A DNA stretch of 64,000 nucleotides from contig JBHGNT010000004.1 of assembly GCA_043228905.1 (NCBI GenBank), positions 3,348,001 through 3,412,000 of the forward strand, in the 5' to 3' direction. Under the pieces are notes generated by a model. The model had not been told where the DNA came from and made no database searches. It was given only the letters and a program-made list of their open reading frames with translations. Positions 25,239 through 37,312 of the stretch are shown here, piece by piece. This DNA comes from Azolla caroliniana. Taxonomy: Eukaryota; Plantae; Polypodiophyta. The position numbers were made by a program, and so were the translations under genes. The stretch's first letter is position 1. Each line of letters begins with the position of its first letter.

Positions 25239-28200
25239 TTACTCTTCGCCTGCCGGCCCTTCCTCGGCCTCGGATCGGTCGTCGCTGCTATCCAGGAGAA
25301 TCGGGTCAGGTTCGTCGTCGTGCCGCTTCTTGAAAGCTTTGATCCTCTTCCCGGCCACGGGTATCGCTATTCTCGTTCCGTCGAGTTCCGCCAGATGATA
25401 CGTCCCGTTGTCGTTGGCGCTCTGTACCGTGTACGGCCCGAACCATCTCCGTGCGAACTTCCGCGTTGCTCGGTGCTGGTTGTCGAGGCTGCTGTCGTAG
25501 ACGAGCACCCAGTCACCTTCGTCGATTTTCTTCGGTCGTAGCCGGTGCGTTCGGTCGAACCGGGCTTTGTTCTTTGTCCTCGCCACCCGGAGCTTCTCCG
25601 TAGCCAGTGCCACGTCCTCCGGTCTCCGCTCGAGCTGTCGTATACGTGCGGCCAACAACTCCTCCCGGCTCATCTCGTCCCTCCAGTCGACCGTTGCCCA
25701 CGAGGAGATCGTCCGTTCAATCGGCATGATCGGCTTCTGGCCGAACATGAGCTCCGTCGGCATGTACCCGGTTACCGAACTGTGCGTGGTCCGGTCTGCC
25801 CACAAAGCATAAGGTAGCAACCGCGGCCAGTTACCGACTCGGCCCCCGCATGCCCGAATCAATGCCTTGACGATCGGTCCGTGTCCGCGCTCCACCTTGC
25901 CATTCGCCTCCGGATTGTACGCAGTGGTGAGCGAGAGCTTGACTCCAAGCCGGTCGAACAGCTCCGCGGCCTCTTCGGCGTCCAACTCCCCTCGGTCAGC
26001 CACGATCTTCCCGACGCACCCGTACCGGCATATCACGTCCTCGACTAGGAACCGACACACGGCCGCGGTCGTCTTGTTCTGAAGGGCTCGGCCTTCCACC
26101 TGGTTCGTCAGGTCTTCCCGCGCTAGGACCAGATACCGCATCTGTCCTACCCCCATCGGCATCGTCACCAGATCTACCATCCATTTGAAGTGGATAGTCG
26201 GAGGGTACGTAGGGTGAAGCCCGTCCCGGTGTCGGACTATCGAGTGCATCTGACAACTCTCGCAAGTTGACACGAACCGATGCACGTCCCGGTACAATCC
26301 CGGCCACCAGTACTTCCCCTTCAGCTTCTCAAACGTCGCCCACGTTCCACGGTGTCCAGCCCAAGGGCTGTCGTGGTAGGCCGCCAGTAGCTCCTCCTGT
26401 TCTTCCTTCATCGCCACCACCCGGAGCGGGACGCCGTTCCTCTTCTTCGGGTGCTTCCACAAATGCCCATCTCGGAGAAGGAATCGATATGCTTTCTTCC
26501 GGATCCGGTTGGCCTCGTCCTTCGTCCATGACGCATCGGGCGTCATTGTCTTCAAAAACCCGCCGATCTGCAGCCACTCCCCGTCGTACTTGCTCGCGTC
26601 GAACTCGTTAAGCGCCGGAGTGCTCATCCCGTCGGTCGTTATGTATGCCGCCTCGAAGAAATCCACGCCGACTTCTTCGTCTTCCGAAACCATGCCGCCC
26701 TCGTCGTCGAACCTCGCCCTCGAAAGCATGTCGGCCATGGCGTTGTCTTTCCCGGAAATGTGTCGTATTTCCGGGTCCAGGGACTTGATGTACGCTACCC
26801 ACCTGAGCATCGCCAGGTCCGGAGTCGCGCATCCGGAAACCATACCGAGAATCGGCAGGCAATCCGTCTCGATGATCACTTCCGTCCCTATCAGGTAGTC
26901 TTTGTCGGCCTTAACCGCCGAAACAATACCCCAGAGTTCGCGTTTAACCTGGGCGTATCCTCGCTGCCGTTCACTGAGGACTTTCGCGCCGAATCGGATC
27001 GGAAACCGATTGCCGTCCTCGTCTTCCTGGTTCACGACCCATCCGATCCCGGTCGGACTGGTATCCACCGTTATGAATACCGGGGTACCCTTCCCGTATA
27101 CCGCCTTCCGGAGTGCCGGTGCCGCTGCAAGGGCCTCTTTCAGCTTCCGGACCGATTCCGCGTGCTCGTCTAGCCATTCGAACCTTCGCCCCTTTTTCAG
27201 CAACCCGTACAGTGGCTCCGCGACGTGTGCGTAATGCGGGATCCATATGTGATAGAACGCGCATGCCCCCAGGAATCTCCGTACTTCCGTGACCGAGCTG
27301 CAGTCGGGCTTCATCGCGGAGATGGCTTCTACCTTTGCCGGAGACGGTTTCCGGCCATATGGTCCGCACAGGTGTCCGACCACCATGATTTCTGACTGCC
27401 CGAAGGCCGACTTCTCCCCGGAGAAGGTGAGTCTCGCATCCTCTAGCCTTTGCAGTACCTTCTCGCAGTCGTCGATGTGCGTCGCCACGAATCGCCGGCA
27501 TCCGTCCGGCCCGATCGTCTCGTCCCTTTCTTCCACCGGGCATCCCTTGATCGGGATGTCGTCCAGAAATGGCATGGTGATGTCCGGGATGCAGTCCCTC
27601 AGAATCTTGTTCATCGCATTCACCATGTGGGCCACCGAGTTGGTCCCTCCTTGCGGCAGTGTACACATCCGAACTAGGCCGAGGGGAGTTCGCATCGTCG
27701 TAATGTCTCTGCTCTCCACGGCAAGCTGGAACTGGTCGTACCCTGAGTATAGATCCCCGACCGAGTAAATTGACCTTCCGGCGAAGGCCTCCGCGAACTC
27801 GTCTATGGTCGGCCCGATCCCTGCGTTCCGAATGGTCACTCGATTGACCGGCTGCAGGTCCTGGATGAAGCGCAACGAACCGTTTTTCTTCGGTACGGTA
27901 AACCATCGATTCGAATATGGGGCGCTCGACGGCTCGAGAATTCCCATATCAACTTTCTGCCTCAGCAGCTCCATCAACTTCGGGATGTGAGCTCTCGGAA
28001 CCGGGATTGGCTTGAGATTCCATGGTACATGCGGTACCGTGAAAATCACCATCGGCTCCACGATCGTCGGGTCAACGCACCCGATTTCCTCCGGCGAGAA
28101 TGCGAAGGCTTTCCCGTGCCTTCCGAGCATTCTCCGAAACCGGTCTTCCTCCGCCGGCAGTAGGAACCCGCCCCCACCGATTTTGAGCTCTCGGAGCGTC

Positions 28201-28730
28201 TCGTCGGTGAAGGTGTGCCCTATGCAGGCCGGATCTCGTAGACTAGGGTCCGATGCAACCCCTTTGATTCTCGACGCGCTGTCCTCCGGTAAGGGTGCCG
28301 CGACTGGCCTTACCTTCCGGTCCACAGTCTTGTACTTGGTGCTTACGTGGGCCGTCCGAACTGACCCGAGCCCTCGACCGAAGTCCGCGATGACTTCGTA
28401 CATCTCCTCGGAACACACCGGTATCGTCCGGTCTTCGTTAAGGCCTTCTTCGACTACCTTTCCCAGCATTCCCAAGGTGTCGTCGAATGAGACCGCCTCC
28501 ACGGCTCCGTTGATTTCCTCGTCAGGGCCGAGAACTCCGCACGCTCGAAGTCTCCCCTCCGCCTTTGTCTTCTCTCGGCCGCCGATGCCGACTATCGTAC
28601 ACGCTCCGCTGTCGGAGAACAAAGATTCCCTACCTATGGTACAAGGTTTCTTCGGTTTTATCGTACAGGTGTGGGGTTTTCCCGGGGTGTCCGGACTGTC
28701 GCGGCCCCACGCCTTGGCAGCCCTCTCTAA
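25239..28730 (-). CDS. Element E RT-RNaseH-integrase ORF, probably entered by -1 frameshift
   Basis: Open from the gag-PR stop region to 25239. RT (FLDD), RNase H, HHCC and DDE integrase; no chromodomain seen. Confidence 0.93.
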   Translation of the reverse strand, partial: LERAAKAWGRDSPDTPGKPHTCTIKPKKPCTIGRESLFSDSGACTIVGIGGREKTKAEGRLRACGVLGPDEEINGAVEAVSFDDTLGMLGKVVEEGLNEDRTIPVCSEEMYEVIADFGRGLGSVRTAHVSTKYKTVDRKVRPVAAPLPEDSASRIKGVASDPSLRDPACIGHTFTDETLRELKIGGGGFLLPAEEDRFRRMLGRHGKAFAFSPEEIGCVDPTIVEPMVIFTVPHVPWNLKPIPVPRAHIPKLMELLRQKVDMGILEPSSAPYSNRWFTVPKKNGSLRFIQDLQPVNRVTIRNAGIGPTIDEFAEAFAGRSIYSVGDLYSGYDQFQLAVESRDITTMRTPLGLVRMCTLPQGGTNSVAHMVNAMNKILRDCIPDITMPFLDDIPIKGCPVEERDETIGPDGCRRFVATHIDDCEKVLQRLEDARLTFSGEKSAFGQSEIMVVGHLCGPYGRKPSPAKVEAISAMKPDCSSVTEVRRFLGACAFYHIWIPHYAHVAEPLYGLLKKGRRFEWLDEHAESVRKLKEALAAAPALRKAVYGKGTPVFITVDTSPTGIGWVVNQEDEDGNRFPIRFGAKVLSERQRGYAQVKRELWGIVSAVKADKDYLIGTEVIIETDCLPILGMVSGCATPDLAMLRWVAYIKSLDPEIRHISGKDNAMADMLSRARFDDEGGMVSEDEEVGVDFFEAAYITTDGMSTPALNEFDASKYDGEWLQIGGFLKTMTPDASWTKDEANRIRKKAYRFLLRDGHLWKHPKKRNGVPLRVVAMKEEQEELLAAYHDSPWAGHRGTWATFEKLKGKYWWPGLYRDVHRFVSTCESCQMHSIVRHRDGLHPTYPPTIHFKWMVDLVTMPMGVGQMRYLVLAREDLTNQVEGRALQNKTTAAVCRFLVEDVICRYGCVGKIVADRGELDAEEAAELFDRLGVKLSLTTAYNPEANGKVERGHGPIVKALIRACGGRVGNWPRLLPYALWADRTTHSSVTGYMPTELMFGQKPIMPIERTISSWATVDWRDEMSREELLAARIRQLERRPEDVALATEKLRVARTKNKARFDRTHRLRPKKIDEGDWVLVYDSSLDNQHRATRKFARRWFGPYTVQSANDNGTYHLAELDGTRIAIPVAGKRIKAFKKRHDDEPDPILLDSSDDRSEAEEGPAGEE

Positions 28731-30880
28731 AAATCCTCTCGGTTATCGGAACCGAGGGAGTTGCGGTTACGCTCGTGGTTCGGCCTAACCGTCAAAAACT
28801 GGACCGAATGGCGCCCGTCCTGGCTCTTGACCCGCGCATAGGCCGAACCGTTGTCCAGCACCTTGGTCTCCATTCGAGCCGCCGTGATGTACGGCTCTCC
28901 CAGTATGACGGGGTGCGATGACGACTCCTGCACGAAGAAGTGCTGGTCTATCTCGACATCGCCGATCTTGACCCGTACATTCGGGCAGGCCCCGTGAAGT
29001 TCCTCGGTGGCGCGCGTCGCCGCCCTTATCTTCCACCCGTGCTTGGTGTTGATCGGCCATTTGCCCTTCTTATAGAAGTCCATGGACATCAGGTTGATTT
29101 CCGATCCGTGGTCCACCAAAGCTACTACCGGTTCCTGGACATCGCCGATCTTTACCGGGGTTTCCGTGGTCGCTCGGGCCCAGTGTGGCCGCGAATAGTG
29201 GCTCTCCGCCCACTCGTCTTTCAGCGCCATGTCGTCCAGGTGCGTCGTCCGCACCTCTACCGGTCTTTCCGGTTCTGTCTCCGTTGACAGCCTCTTCCGT
29301 TTCACCAAGTCCACGATGGAGTCGTGGAACTCCTTCTTGGCGATTCCCAGCACCTCCCGTAGCGACAACTCCACCTTGCTGTCGAGGATCCGTTCCTCCA
29401 GGACCTTTCGTAAGTCCGTGGTTCTTTCTATCTCCGTCCCCAGACGGTACCCGCCCTTCTGGGGTTTATCTTGCGTACCGGCCCCGCCGGCTTCGTCCCG
29501 TCGTGGCCCGGACCGGGTCTCGTATCGTTGTGAGGGCCCGGTCGTCCCGGGTTTCCCCACCCGCTTCTCTTCTACCAGAGCCTCGTAGTTCCGGCAAGCG
29601 GCTTCCACGAAGCCCGTCTTTTCCTCGACCGGGTCGCTCCACCCGGTCATCTCCCGTACCCGTTTCTCCGCACGGTCCGATTCCTCCCTTTTAAGCCCTG
29701 CACCGGCAAGGCCTCCCAGCATCGTCGGCCAGAATCCGGCTTTGCTTTCCTTTCGGGCCTCGCCGCCCCCGACTCGAATACCGGCCGACGCCGAGTAGTG
29801 GACGGTTTCCGCATGTCGGGCCGCCGCCTCTTCCATCAACCTCTTCATTCCGCCTCGCCCGTCGTTTCGGTTTAGGGCCCTTCTCGTGTCGTTGGCGTGA
29901 ACCCGGCCTTCCCATAGGTACACCACCCGGTTCCTCAGCGCCTCTGCGAAATCGCCGCAGTCTTTTCGGATGTGGCCGACCCCGTCGCACCACATGCACC
30001 TGTTCCCTGCCGCCGGCCGTCGGTCACGAGCAGGTCCTCCGTCTTCTCTGCGGGCCTGTGCGATTTGGAGGTCTTTTATCGCCCTCGTCAGTTCCTCCAA
30101 CGCAGCTCCTCCAGTCGAGCCTCTGATCACGCCGGTCGGAGCTGAACCGGATTCCAGCCACTCCCGAGTCTCTTCCCTTCGCACCTGTGGCGCTGGTTCG
30201 AGCTTCCTTGCTGCGACCGAGCCCGACCCGGTCGCCCCGTTATCCGCCCATTCTCGCCGTTTGTCGAAACGGCCACAGACCTTCCTGACAGCCGCCCAGT
30301 CGGTAGTGAGCCCGTCTTCGGTTTCCAGCAAGAGGCCCACTTGCTCCCGATCCCGCTCGTCGACCGACTTGACAAACAGCAAGACCCGGCTCGTGTCCAG
30401 GATGGTTCGGTCGAGCGCCGAAAGGCGCGCAAAGTTTTCCTCGAACTCCCGGAGGAGTGCCGACGCGTTTCTTCCCTTCCCCGGGGACTCCACCCATTCC
30501 ATGAACCTTCGCTTCAAAAGCCGGAGCGCGTCGTCCAGCCCGTATTTCTCTAGGAGCCGACCTTCGAACTCCTCCCAGGTACGGCTCTCCGCCCGCACCT
30601 CGAGCACCTCCGCATGGATGCTCGGCATTGCCACTCGGGGAAAACCGGCAAGACGCCTTTCTTCCGGAATGTCCCGCATCAACATTTCTGCACCGTAGGA
30701 CGCCAGATACTTCGTGGCATCCCTCCCATCGAACCGGCCGATCGTGCCGACGACCGCCTCAATAGCTCTGTCGAGGGCACCGGTACCCTCGCGCGCGTTT
30801 ACGATCCGATCCACGGCCGAAGCCATGGCCTCTGCGAGATCCGACCCCCTCATCTTCTGCTCTTCTGCCGCCTCTTTCAC
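28727..30880 (-). CDS. Element E gag-protease
   Basis: 717-aa ORF with zinc knuckle CMWCDGVGHIRKDC and protease LVDHGSEINLM; begins at the PBS. Confidence 0.93.
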   Translation of the reverse strand: MKEAAEEQKMRGSDLAEAMASAVDRIVNAREGTGALDRAIEAVVGTIGRFDGRDATKYLASYGAEMLMRDIPEERRLAGFPRVAMPSIHAEVLEVRAESRTWEEFEGRLLEKYGLDDALRLLKRRFMEWVESPGKGRNASALLREFEENFARLSALDRTILDTSRVLLFVKSVDERDREQVGLLLETEDGLTTDWAAVRKVCGRFDKRREWADNGATGSGSVAARKLEPAPQVRREETREWLESGSAPTGVIRGSTGGAALEELTRAIKDLQIAQARREDGGPARDRRPAAGNRCMWCDGVGHIRKDCGDFAEALRNRVVYLWEGRVHANDTRRALNRNDGRGGMKRLMEEAAARHAETVHYSASAGIRVGGGEARKESKAGFWPTMLGGLAGAGLKREESDRAEKRVREMTGWSDPVEEKTGFVEAACRNYEALVEEKRVGKPGTTGPSQRYETRSGPRRDEAGGAGTQDKPQKGGYRLGTEIERTTDLRKVLEERILDSKVELSLREVLGIAKKEFHDSIVDLVKRKRLSTETEPERPVEVRTTHLDDMALKDEWAESHYSRPHWARATTETPVKIGDVQEPVVALVDHGSEINLMSMDFYKKGKWPINTKHGWKIRAATRATEELHGACPNVRVKIGDVEIDQHFFVQESSSHPVILGEPYITAARMETKVLDNGSAYARVKSQDGRHSVQFLTVRPNHERNRNSLGSDNREDF

Positions 30881-33800
30881 GTCGAGTTCACCAAGATGTC
30901 GGGGTTGCTACGCCCTTGCGTGTAGAAAGGAGGAGGGACCACGGGGGTCTTGAACCGAAGAACAAGAGAGAGAGAGATAAGAGAGAGAGACCCCGATTAC
31001 ACAGAACCGAAGTTCCGATTGCGCAAAACCGACGATTACACAGGGACACGGCCCAACAAACAGAGAACACAAATAAACGCCGACGCAGATGGACGCAACA
31101 ACGAAAGATATGTACTTATGAATGCAAGAAAATAACAGACTAAAGTACTACAACCCTCAGTGGGGCACGAAATAGATACTAACGAAAACGAACAGGGCGG
31201 CGAACAGATGCCGACCCCTGTATGTCGCGACGCACAGAAAGGGGAAACAGGTCGGAGGTGCTGCAGGACGCACTCGGGCGTTCCACGGAACAGCGCAAGC
31301 CTCCTCGAAACCTGCACAGGTACGCGATGGAGCAGAAGACAGAGAGAGCGGGAGAGAGAGAGAAGCTCCGAAATCGGTTCGGCAGCACTTCGTCCTCTCC
31401 GCGGGAGATGTCCGACTTCTATTCTTCCTCTTCCTTTTATAGCCCGTCAAGAGGCCGTTTGGCATTAACTGCATACCAACCGAATCTGCCCACCTAGGAT
31501 CCTCGTATGTACCTACTTCGTCCTTAGGTACTTCTTGGCGCGCGTGTGTGTGTAGAGCCGTTTCCCACGCCTTGTTCCTCCGATTCCTCTTGTGGGCGGT
31601 TTTCTTCACGACAGCGGTCGTGATGATGTTCGGACTAAAAACGGCTCCAGCGACCTTTCAAAGGATAATAATGGAAATTTTCGGGGAATATATCCCCGGT
31701 TTTATGCAGGTCTTCCTTGATGATTTCGCAGTCTACAGCCGGCACGGAGAGCATCTCGATCACCTCCGGCTGTGCTTGGAGAAGTGCCGCGAGTACCAAT
31801 TGAGCCTGAACCCGGCCAAGTGCGTCTTTGGAGTGGCAAGCGGCAACTTACTAGGGCACGTGGTGAGTAAGGAAGGAATCGTGGTAGATCCGGATAAAGT
31901 CAAGGCGATTCTCGAGGCACCAGCACCAAATAACGCAAAGGCTTTAAGCCGGTTCCTGGGCCAAATAAGGTGGCATAGCCGGATGATACGGCACCTCGCA
32001 GACTTCGTTACACCATTACATACCGCCGTACACAGGGTACCCTTCCTATGGGCGGAGACGAAGGAGGAAGCCTACCAAGCGTTGAAGGTTATGCTGTCGC
32101 AAGCTCCGGTGGTGCAACCGCCGGATTGGAGTAAAAGCTTTCACGTCTTCGTCGACGCGTCGGACATAGCAATCGGCAGCGTTCTGATGCAACTCACGGA
32201 GCCGAAATGGTACCGACCGGTGTACTACGCAAGCCGGAAACTCTCAAAAGCCGAACGGAATTACTCTACGACGGAACGCGAGGCATTGGGAATGGTGTAT
32301 AGTGTCACAAAGTACAGGCACTATCTGCTCGGAAGGAAGTTTTCCTTCCATGTCGACCATTCGGCACTACTCTACCTAGTCTCGAAGGCATCCCTGACGG
32401 GAAAAATTGCACGATGGACACTGTTGTTACAGGAATTTGAATTCGACATTTTCCACCGACCCGGGGCGCAGCATACGGTAGCGGACTACCTAAGCAGACT
32501 CGAATCCGGAGAAGCAGGGGACGGTGTCCAGGATGAGTTCCCCAACGCCGAGTTGTTCCGGATCACGACGAAACCGGCAACGGATGCAACGGTAGCCGAT
32601 GAAGACACGTGGCTAACTGAGATGCATCAGTTCCTGAGCACTGGAGTACCCCCGGAGAACATGGACCGCGATGAAAGGAAAAGGGTAGCAGTAAGAAGCA
32701 GACATTTCTGCTTGGTTGGAGACACCCTCTATCACAAGGGAGCAGATGGCATCTGGAGACGAGCAATGCGGAGCGATGAGAAGGATTTAATCCTCAGGGA
32801 AGCCCACTGTGGAATTGCCGGCGGGCATTATGCCGGCGACGCAACCGCTCGGAAAATATGGCAGAGCGGACTGTGGTCGCCCACCACCCTAAAAGATGCC
32901 GTGAAGTATAGCAGAGAATGTGATTTGTGTCAACGACTGGGCCAACCCACGCCACACCACCCGGTCTTGCCATTGGAACCGTTTCAAAAGTGGGGTTTGG
33001 ACTTTGTCGGTCCCTTCAAGCCACCGGCAATGCGAACCGGAAATTGGTATGTCATAGTGGCGACCGACTATTGCACCAAATGGGTAGAAGCAAAGGCCTT
33101 ACGGGACAACACGGCCGCGTCCACGTCAAAGTTCCTGTACGAGTGCATATGGTGCCGGTATGGATGCCCGATCGAGCTTATAAGTGACCAAGGAGGACAT
33201 TTTCTCGGGCAGGTAGTAGAAAGCCTGACGTCATTTTACGCGGTGGTACATAAAAGGAGTACTCCCTACTACCCTCAAGCCAATGGACTAGCGGAATCAA
33301 CGAACAAAACTCTGCAGAACATCCTACGAAAAATCATCAACGAGAACCGGACCGACTGGGATACGAAATTGCAAAGCGCGCTATGGGCGTACCGAACAAC
33401 GTACAAAACCAGCATCCGGACAACCCCGTTCCAACTAGCATTCGGTTTAGAAGCGGTCATGCCGGTAGAGTTCCAGATCCCCAGCTTACGGATCCAGGTA
33501 AAGGAGCGCTTAAGTGAGAAGGAGTCCGAACGAATCCGGCTGGCGACGTTGTTGGAATTAGAAGAAAACCGAATAGCCAGCTTACTACAACTCGAACTGG
33601 AGCAAAGGAGGAGAAAAGCTTTCGTGGACCGACACCGGCGTGGCAACGAAAAGGAGTTCGAAGTCGGGAAACCGGTGCTACTATTCCAGACACGGATGGG
33701 GAACATGCCGGGAAAGTTGCGGTTTCGGTGGACCGGACCGTTCTGGATCACCAAGGAGTACAATGGGTCGTATCAGCTCGGCACGTTGTCTGGAGATGTC

Positions 33801-36800
33801 ATCGGTAAGTGGGCAAATGGGTTTCGGCTAAAGCCGTATAAGGGAAATATGCCAGCCAACCCGTTCAAGCTAAACCCGGAAATCCGGCAAGATGAGGAAC
33901 CGACACCGACAGACACTGCCGAAGGTATCCGGACCGAGGAAGAACCGACACCGATACTACCAAAGACTATCCCGGAAAACCGACAGAAGGATCCGGTATC
34001 AGCGCGAACCGACCCGAACAAATCGGGGGGGACCAGAAAATGACGTGGTCCAAACAAAACAAATAAATAAATAAAAATAAATAATAAATAAAATAAAATA
34101 AAAATGACGTGGGCCAAATCGGCGCGAATCATAGTAGTGATGGGGAGATCACAAGAGGTGGGAGCGCCACCATGCAACGAAGAGGCGCCATGCATTAAAG
34201 AAGGACGTGCGCGTACTTGCTATTTAAAGCATGGAACGTGGGCACTCACACGCGGCAGACAACAAAGGACATACTAATTATGGCGGGAGAGGAACATGCG
34301 CGGGAAACGAAAAAGGGCGGCTCGAGGAAAAAGCCACTATATAAGACACAGGCCTGCGAAGGACTTACTTTTTACGAATTTTCCTACACACAGGCGCAGA
34401 AGCACAGAAGAGCGATCCAACGCACAGCGCACACACAGCCCGATCCCGAACAACAGACAGTAGAAGAAGAATTCGAAACAATGGTACTGTCGGAGGAGGC
34501 ACGCCAATGGATGAGGGAGAACGGGTTAAAAGGATTGTTGAGGATCGCCGACGCTCCACCACACGCAGAACCAGAGTAGGCGGCAGCATCGATTGATTTA
34601 TCAGAAATCACAGAAGGAGCGGTGCAGGCGCTCACGGGGATAAAAGCAGGAGGACTTCAAACAATCGAAAACCCTTCAAGTGAAATCCTGTTCGAATATT
34701 TTGGTGAGTATTCTATCAGCAGCAAGGCGTACCGAACACAGGGCAGAGAGAACCTGCTGTTCGGAGAAGTGGCCCGCGCCATGATGGAATACGGATTCGT
34801 GAATCCTCGTCCCACGGCCATAGCCAGGTACAGGGCAGCGTTCTTAATTGCAGCGTACGAAGGATTACAAGTGGACTGGCTCCACTTCATAACCGAAGGA
34901 TTGAAGGAGGCCATCAAGAATCTTGTGGAAGGAAAAAAGCCATGGGCCGGGATAGCACAATGGCTAACGGTGTTAGTCCCACCGGTGCTCCCCATCAAAC
35001 AAAAGAAAAGAGGTCGGCAGGAGACGACGCCAAAAAAGGTCACAAAGCGCCGACAGATCCTAGAGAAACACACCCCCGGATGGACCCAGCAAGAAGCAGA
35101 ACAGCGGGGGGAAGGACCATCCCGACAGCAACAGGAACCGGCAACAAAGGCAAAACCGGCAGGAAAAGGCAAAGGGAAATCGGCCGAGGAGGAACCGGTA
35201 GCGCTCAAACCAATCAATATAACGCTGCGGCGGCCGGAACCGGAACCAGAGGTCTTTATACAAAATGTCCGTCTGGTAGCCGCACCGGAGGAGGAAGCTG
35301 AAACAGAAGACTCATCCGAACCACTAGTAAGACTCCCAGCAAGACAAGGTCGGGAGAGACGGGCGAAAGGACCGGCTCCACCAGTTGACAAAACTCAGCA
35401 GAGGGCGCACGGACCACCTCCAGTAGCCGAGGCGGAAGCAGCACCGACACCGGTTGTGCCGGACTTCAGAGAACCGGTCATCCCAAAGAAGAAGAATGAA
35501 CAAGCGCCGGAGCCAGAGAAAAGGCCGGAAAAATAGCCTGAGTTAAGGAGTAGAAGTGAGCAAGGCCACCCCGACACAGGAAGCACAAAGCCACAATGGC
35601 TGAGATGGCTTTCGGAGCAGTTATCGGGAGTAGCGGACCAGTTAGAGGAAGAAGAAACGTGTAGGCAACAGCTGACGCATACAACAACTCAAGAGTTGGT
35701 CGCGCTCCGAACACAGATCGAGGAAATGCAAGGGGAGCTGTTGCAGGGAAGGGAAGGAATTCAACAAGCACAAGTTGTCACCGAGCCGATCGGGACAACA
35801 AGGAAGCAACCAGAACTGGAACCGGAACCGGTAGCCTTGCAAACCGGCCCTGAGACCGAAAAAATAATAGAAACCTTGCGAGAGGAGTTAAAAGCTCAGG
35901 AGGCATTAAGGGAAAAAGAAAGGGAGCAACGGAAAGCGGTGGAGGACGACAGACGGAAAATGGAAGAAGGCCTCCGGAAAGGCCGAGCCACTAATGACCG
36001 ACTGCAAGAAGAAAAAGAGAAGGACCGACTGCGTCGACATGCCGAGCAGGAGATAGAACGACTGCAGGAAGAACTCCGACAACATAAGGACCGGGACGAC
36101 CGGTTAAGAGCTCAGGCAAACCGACGCCTGAAGCAGAAGACGGAGGACTTCGACCGTCTCTACCAAGATCACAAGCAGGCCGAGTCGGACAACAAGAAAC
36201 GGGCAGCAGACTACGACCGGCAAATAGAGAAGCTGAAAGAACAGCTCAAAGAGACCCGATTAGATCTGGCTAAGGCAATGGATGAGGTCAGTGCCAAAAA
36301 GGAAGCATTGTCGGCAGAAATAACCCAAGCGACGGAGAGAAGGAAGGAATTAGAGGCGCTAAGGCGGGAAAAGCTAGATCTGACTAAGATCAGGAATGAA
36401 GAAAAGGAAAGATCGACCTTCACGATCAGCAAACTGCAAAGTACCTATGAAAAGCAGAAAGCGGATTACAAGGCCCAGGCTCAGATAATGGCCGACATTA
36501 TAAAACGGGCAAGGAAGGAAAAGCAAGAAGCTTATGCGCATGCTAAGGCGGGGGTTGACTGGATCAAGCTCATCATGTCAGGTTGGAGTACCCGAGCTCA
36601 GGCAAGCATCAACGAAAGTACGGAAAAGCTATGGAAGGAGTGGTCACAACAGGCAGCCGAGCTGCAGACACTCCGAGCGGATGCCGAGAATCGGAGGAAG
36701 ACCGGTGACAAGTTCTATAAGATGGATGAAGAAAGTATCGTTGCCATTCGGGAAGAATTGTCAGAGGATTTCTACGCTTTAGCAGAAGAACATCTCAAAG

Positions 36801-37312
36801 AAATCCGAGGGTTGGTAGAGAGGTTGGATGACGGGCAGCTCGCAACTCAATTGGAGTTGGAGAAATACGAGCAAGACCGGGTACGACAGGTGTTGGCCGG
36901 TCAGAGAAGGCAAATGGGAAAGCAAGGTCGGATCGGATAAATATAGAAATAGGAATAGAATTATTAGGAGGGACGGATCCGGTAGTTGTAACCGATCCGG
37001 ATCCGAACCGATTCGGTTTCGGTTAACGGTTGCCTAAGAGCACCGATTGTAATCTGGCCGGATGCCTATAAAAGGATCCGATGTTTTCTAATGAAGTGGC
37101 GAAGAATTAATATAGTTTTGCTTATGCTTATTAATCTTGTCTTCGTCGGTGCTTAAGTGTAATTATCATACGCGTGTATTAACATCCTATCCCTACCACC
37201 CCTTTGGAGAAGTGTCGGATAGACACCTGTGTTGCGGCTAGTCCAGCCATACATACAACACTATTTTGGCGACCACGATTCCTGCAGAGTGCAGAGGACA
37301 ACCGGGGGATGG

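Larger units (their letters stand above)
24450..31613 (-). mobile_element. Element E: young, apparently intact tRNA-Trp gypsy retrotransposon
   Basis: 717-bp LTRs at 24450-25166 and 30897-31613 (one difference seen). TSD GCGG. PBS TGGTGAACTCGACGTGA at 30877-30893. PPT at 25167-25178. The empty site is visible in B near 40677. Confidence 0.97.
21047..34043 (+). pseudogene. Element A gag-pol, interrupted by E (24450-31617), with stops and frameshifts
   Basis: Gag with CCHC knuckles, protease IIDGGSGVN, RT YSFLDGFSGYNQI...FLDD, RNase H and integrase GLDFVGP. Stops at 22364, 23411 and 23867. Confidence 0.93.

Noticed and set aside
26971-30698. Long overlapping and antisense ORFs in E (similar ones in A, B and the copia)
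   Set aside because: Shadows of GC-rich coding frames with no recognisable motifs.
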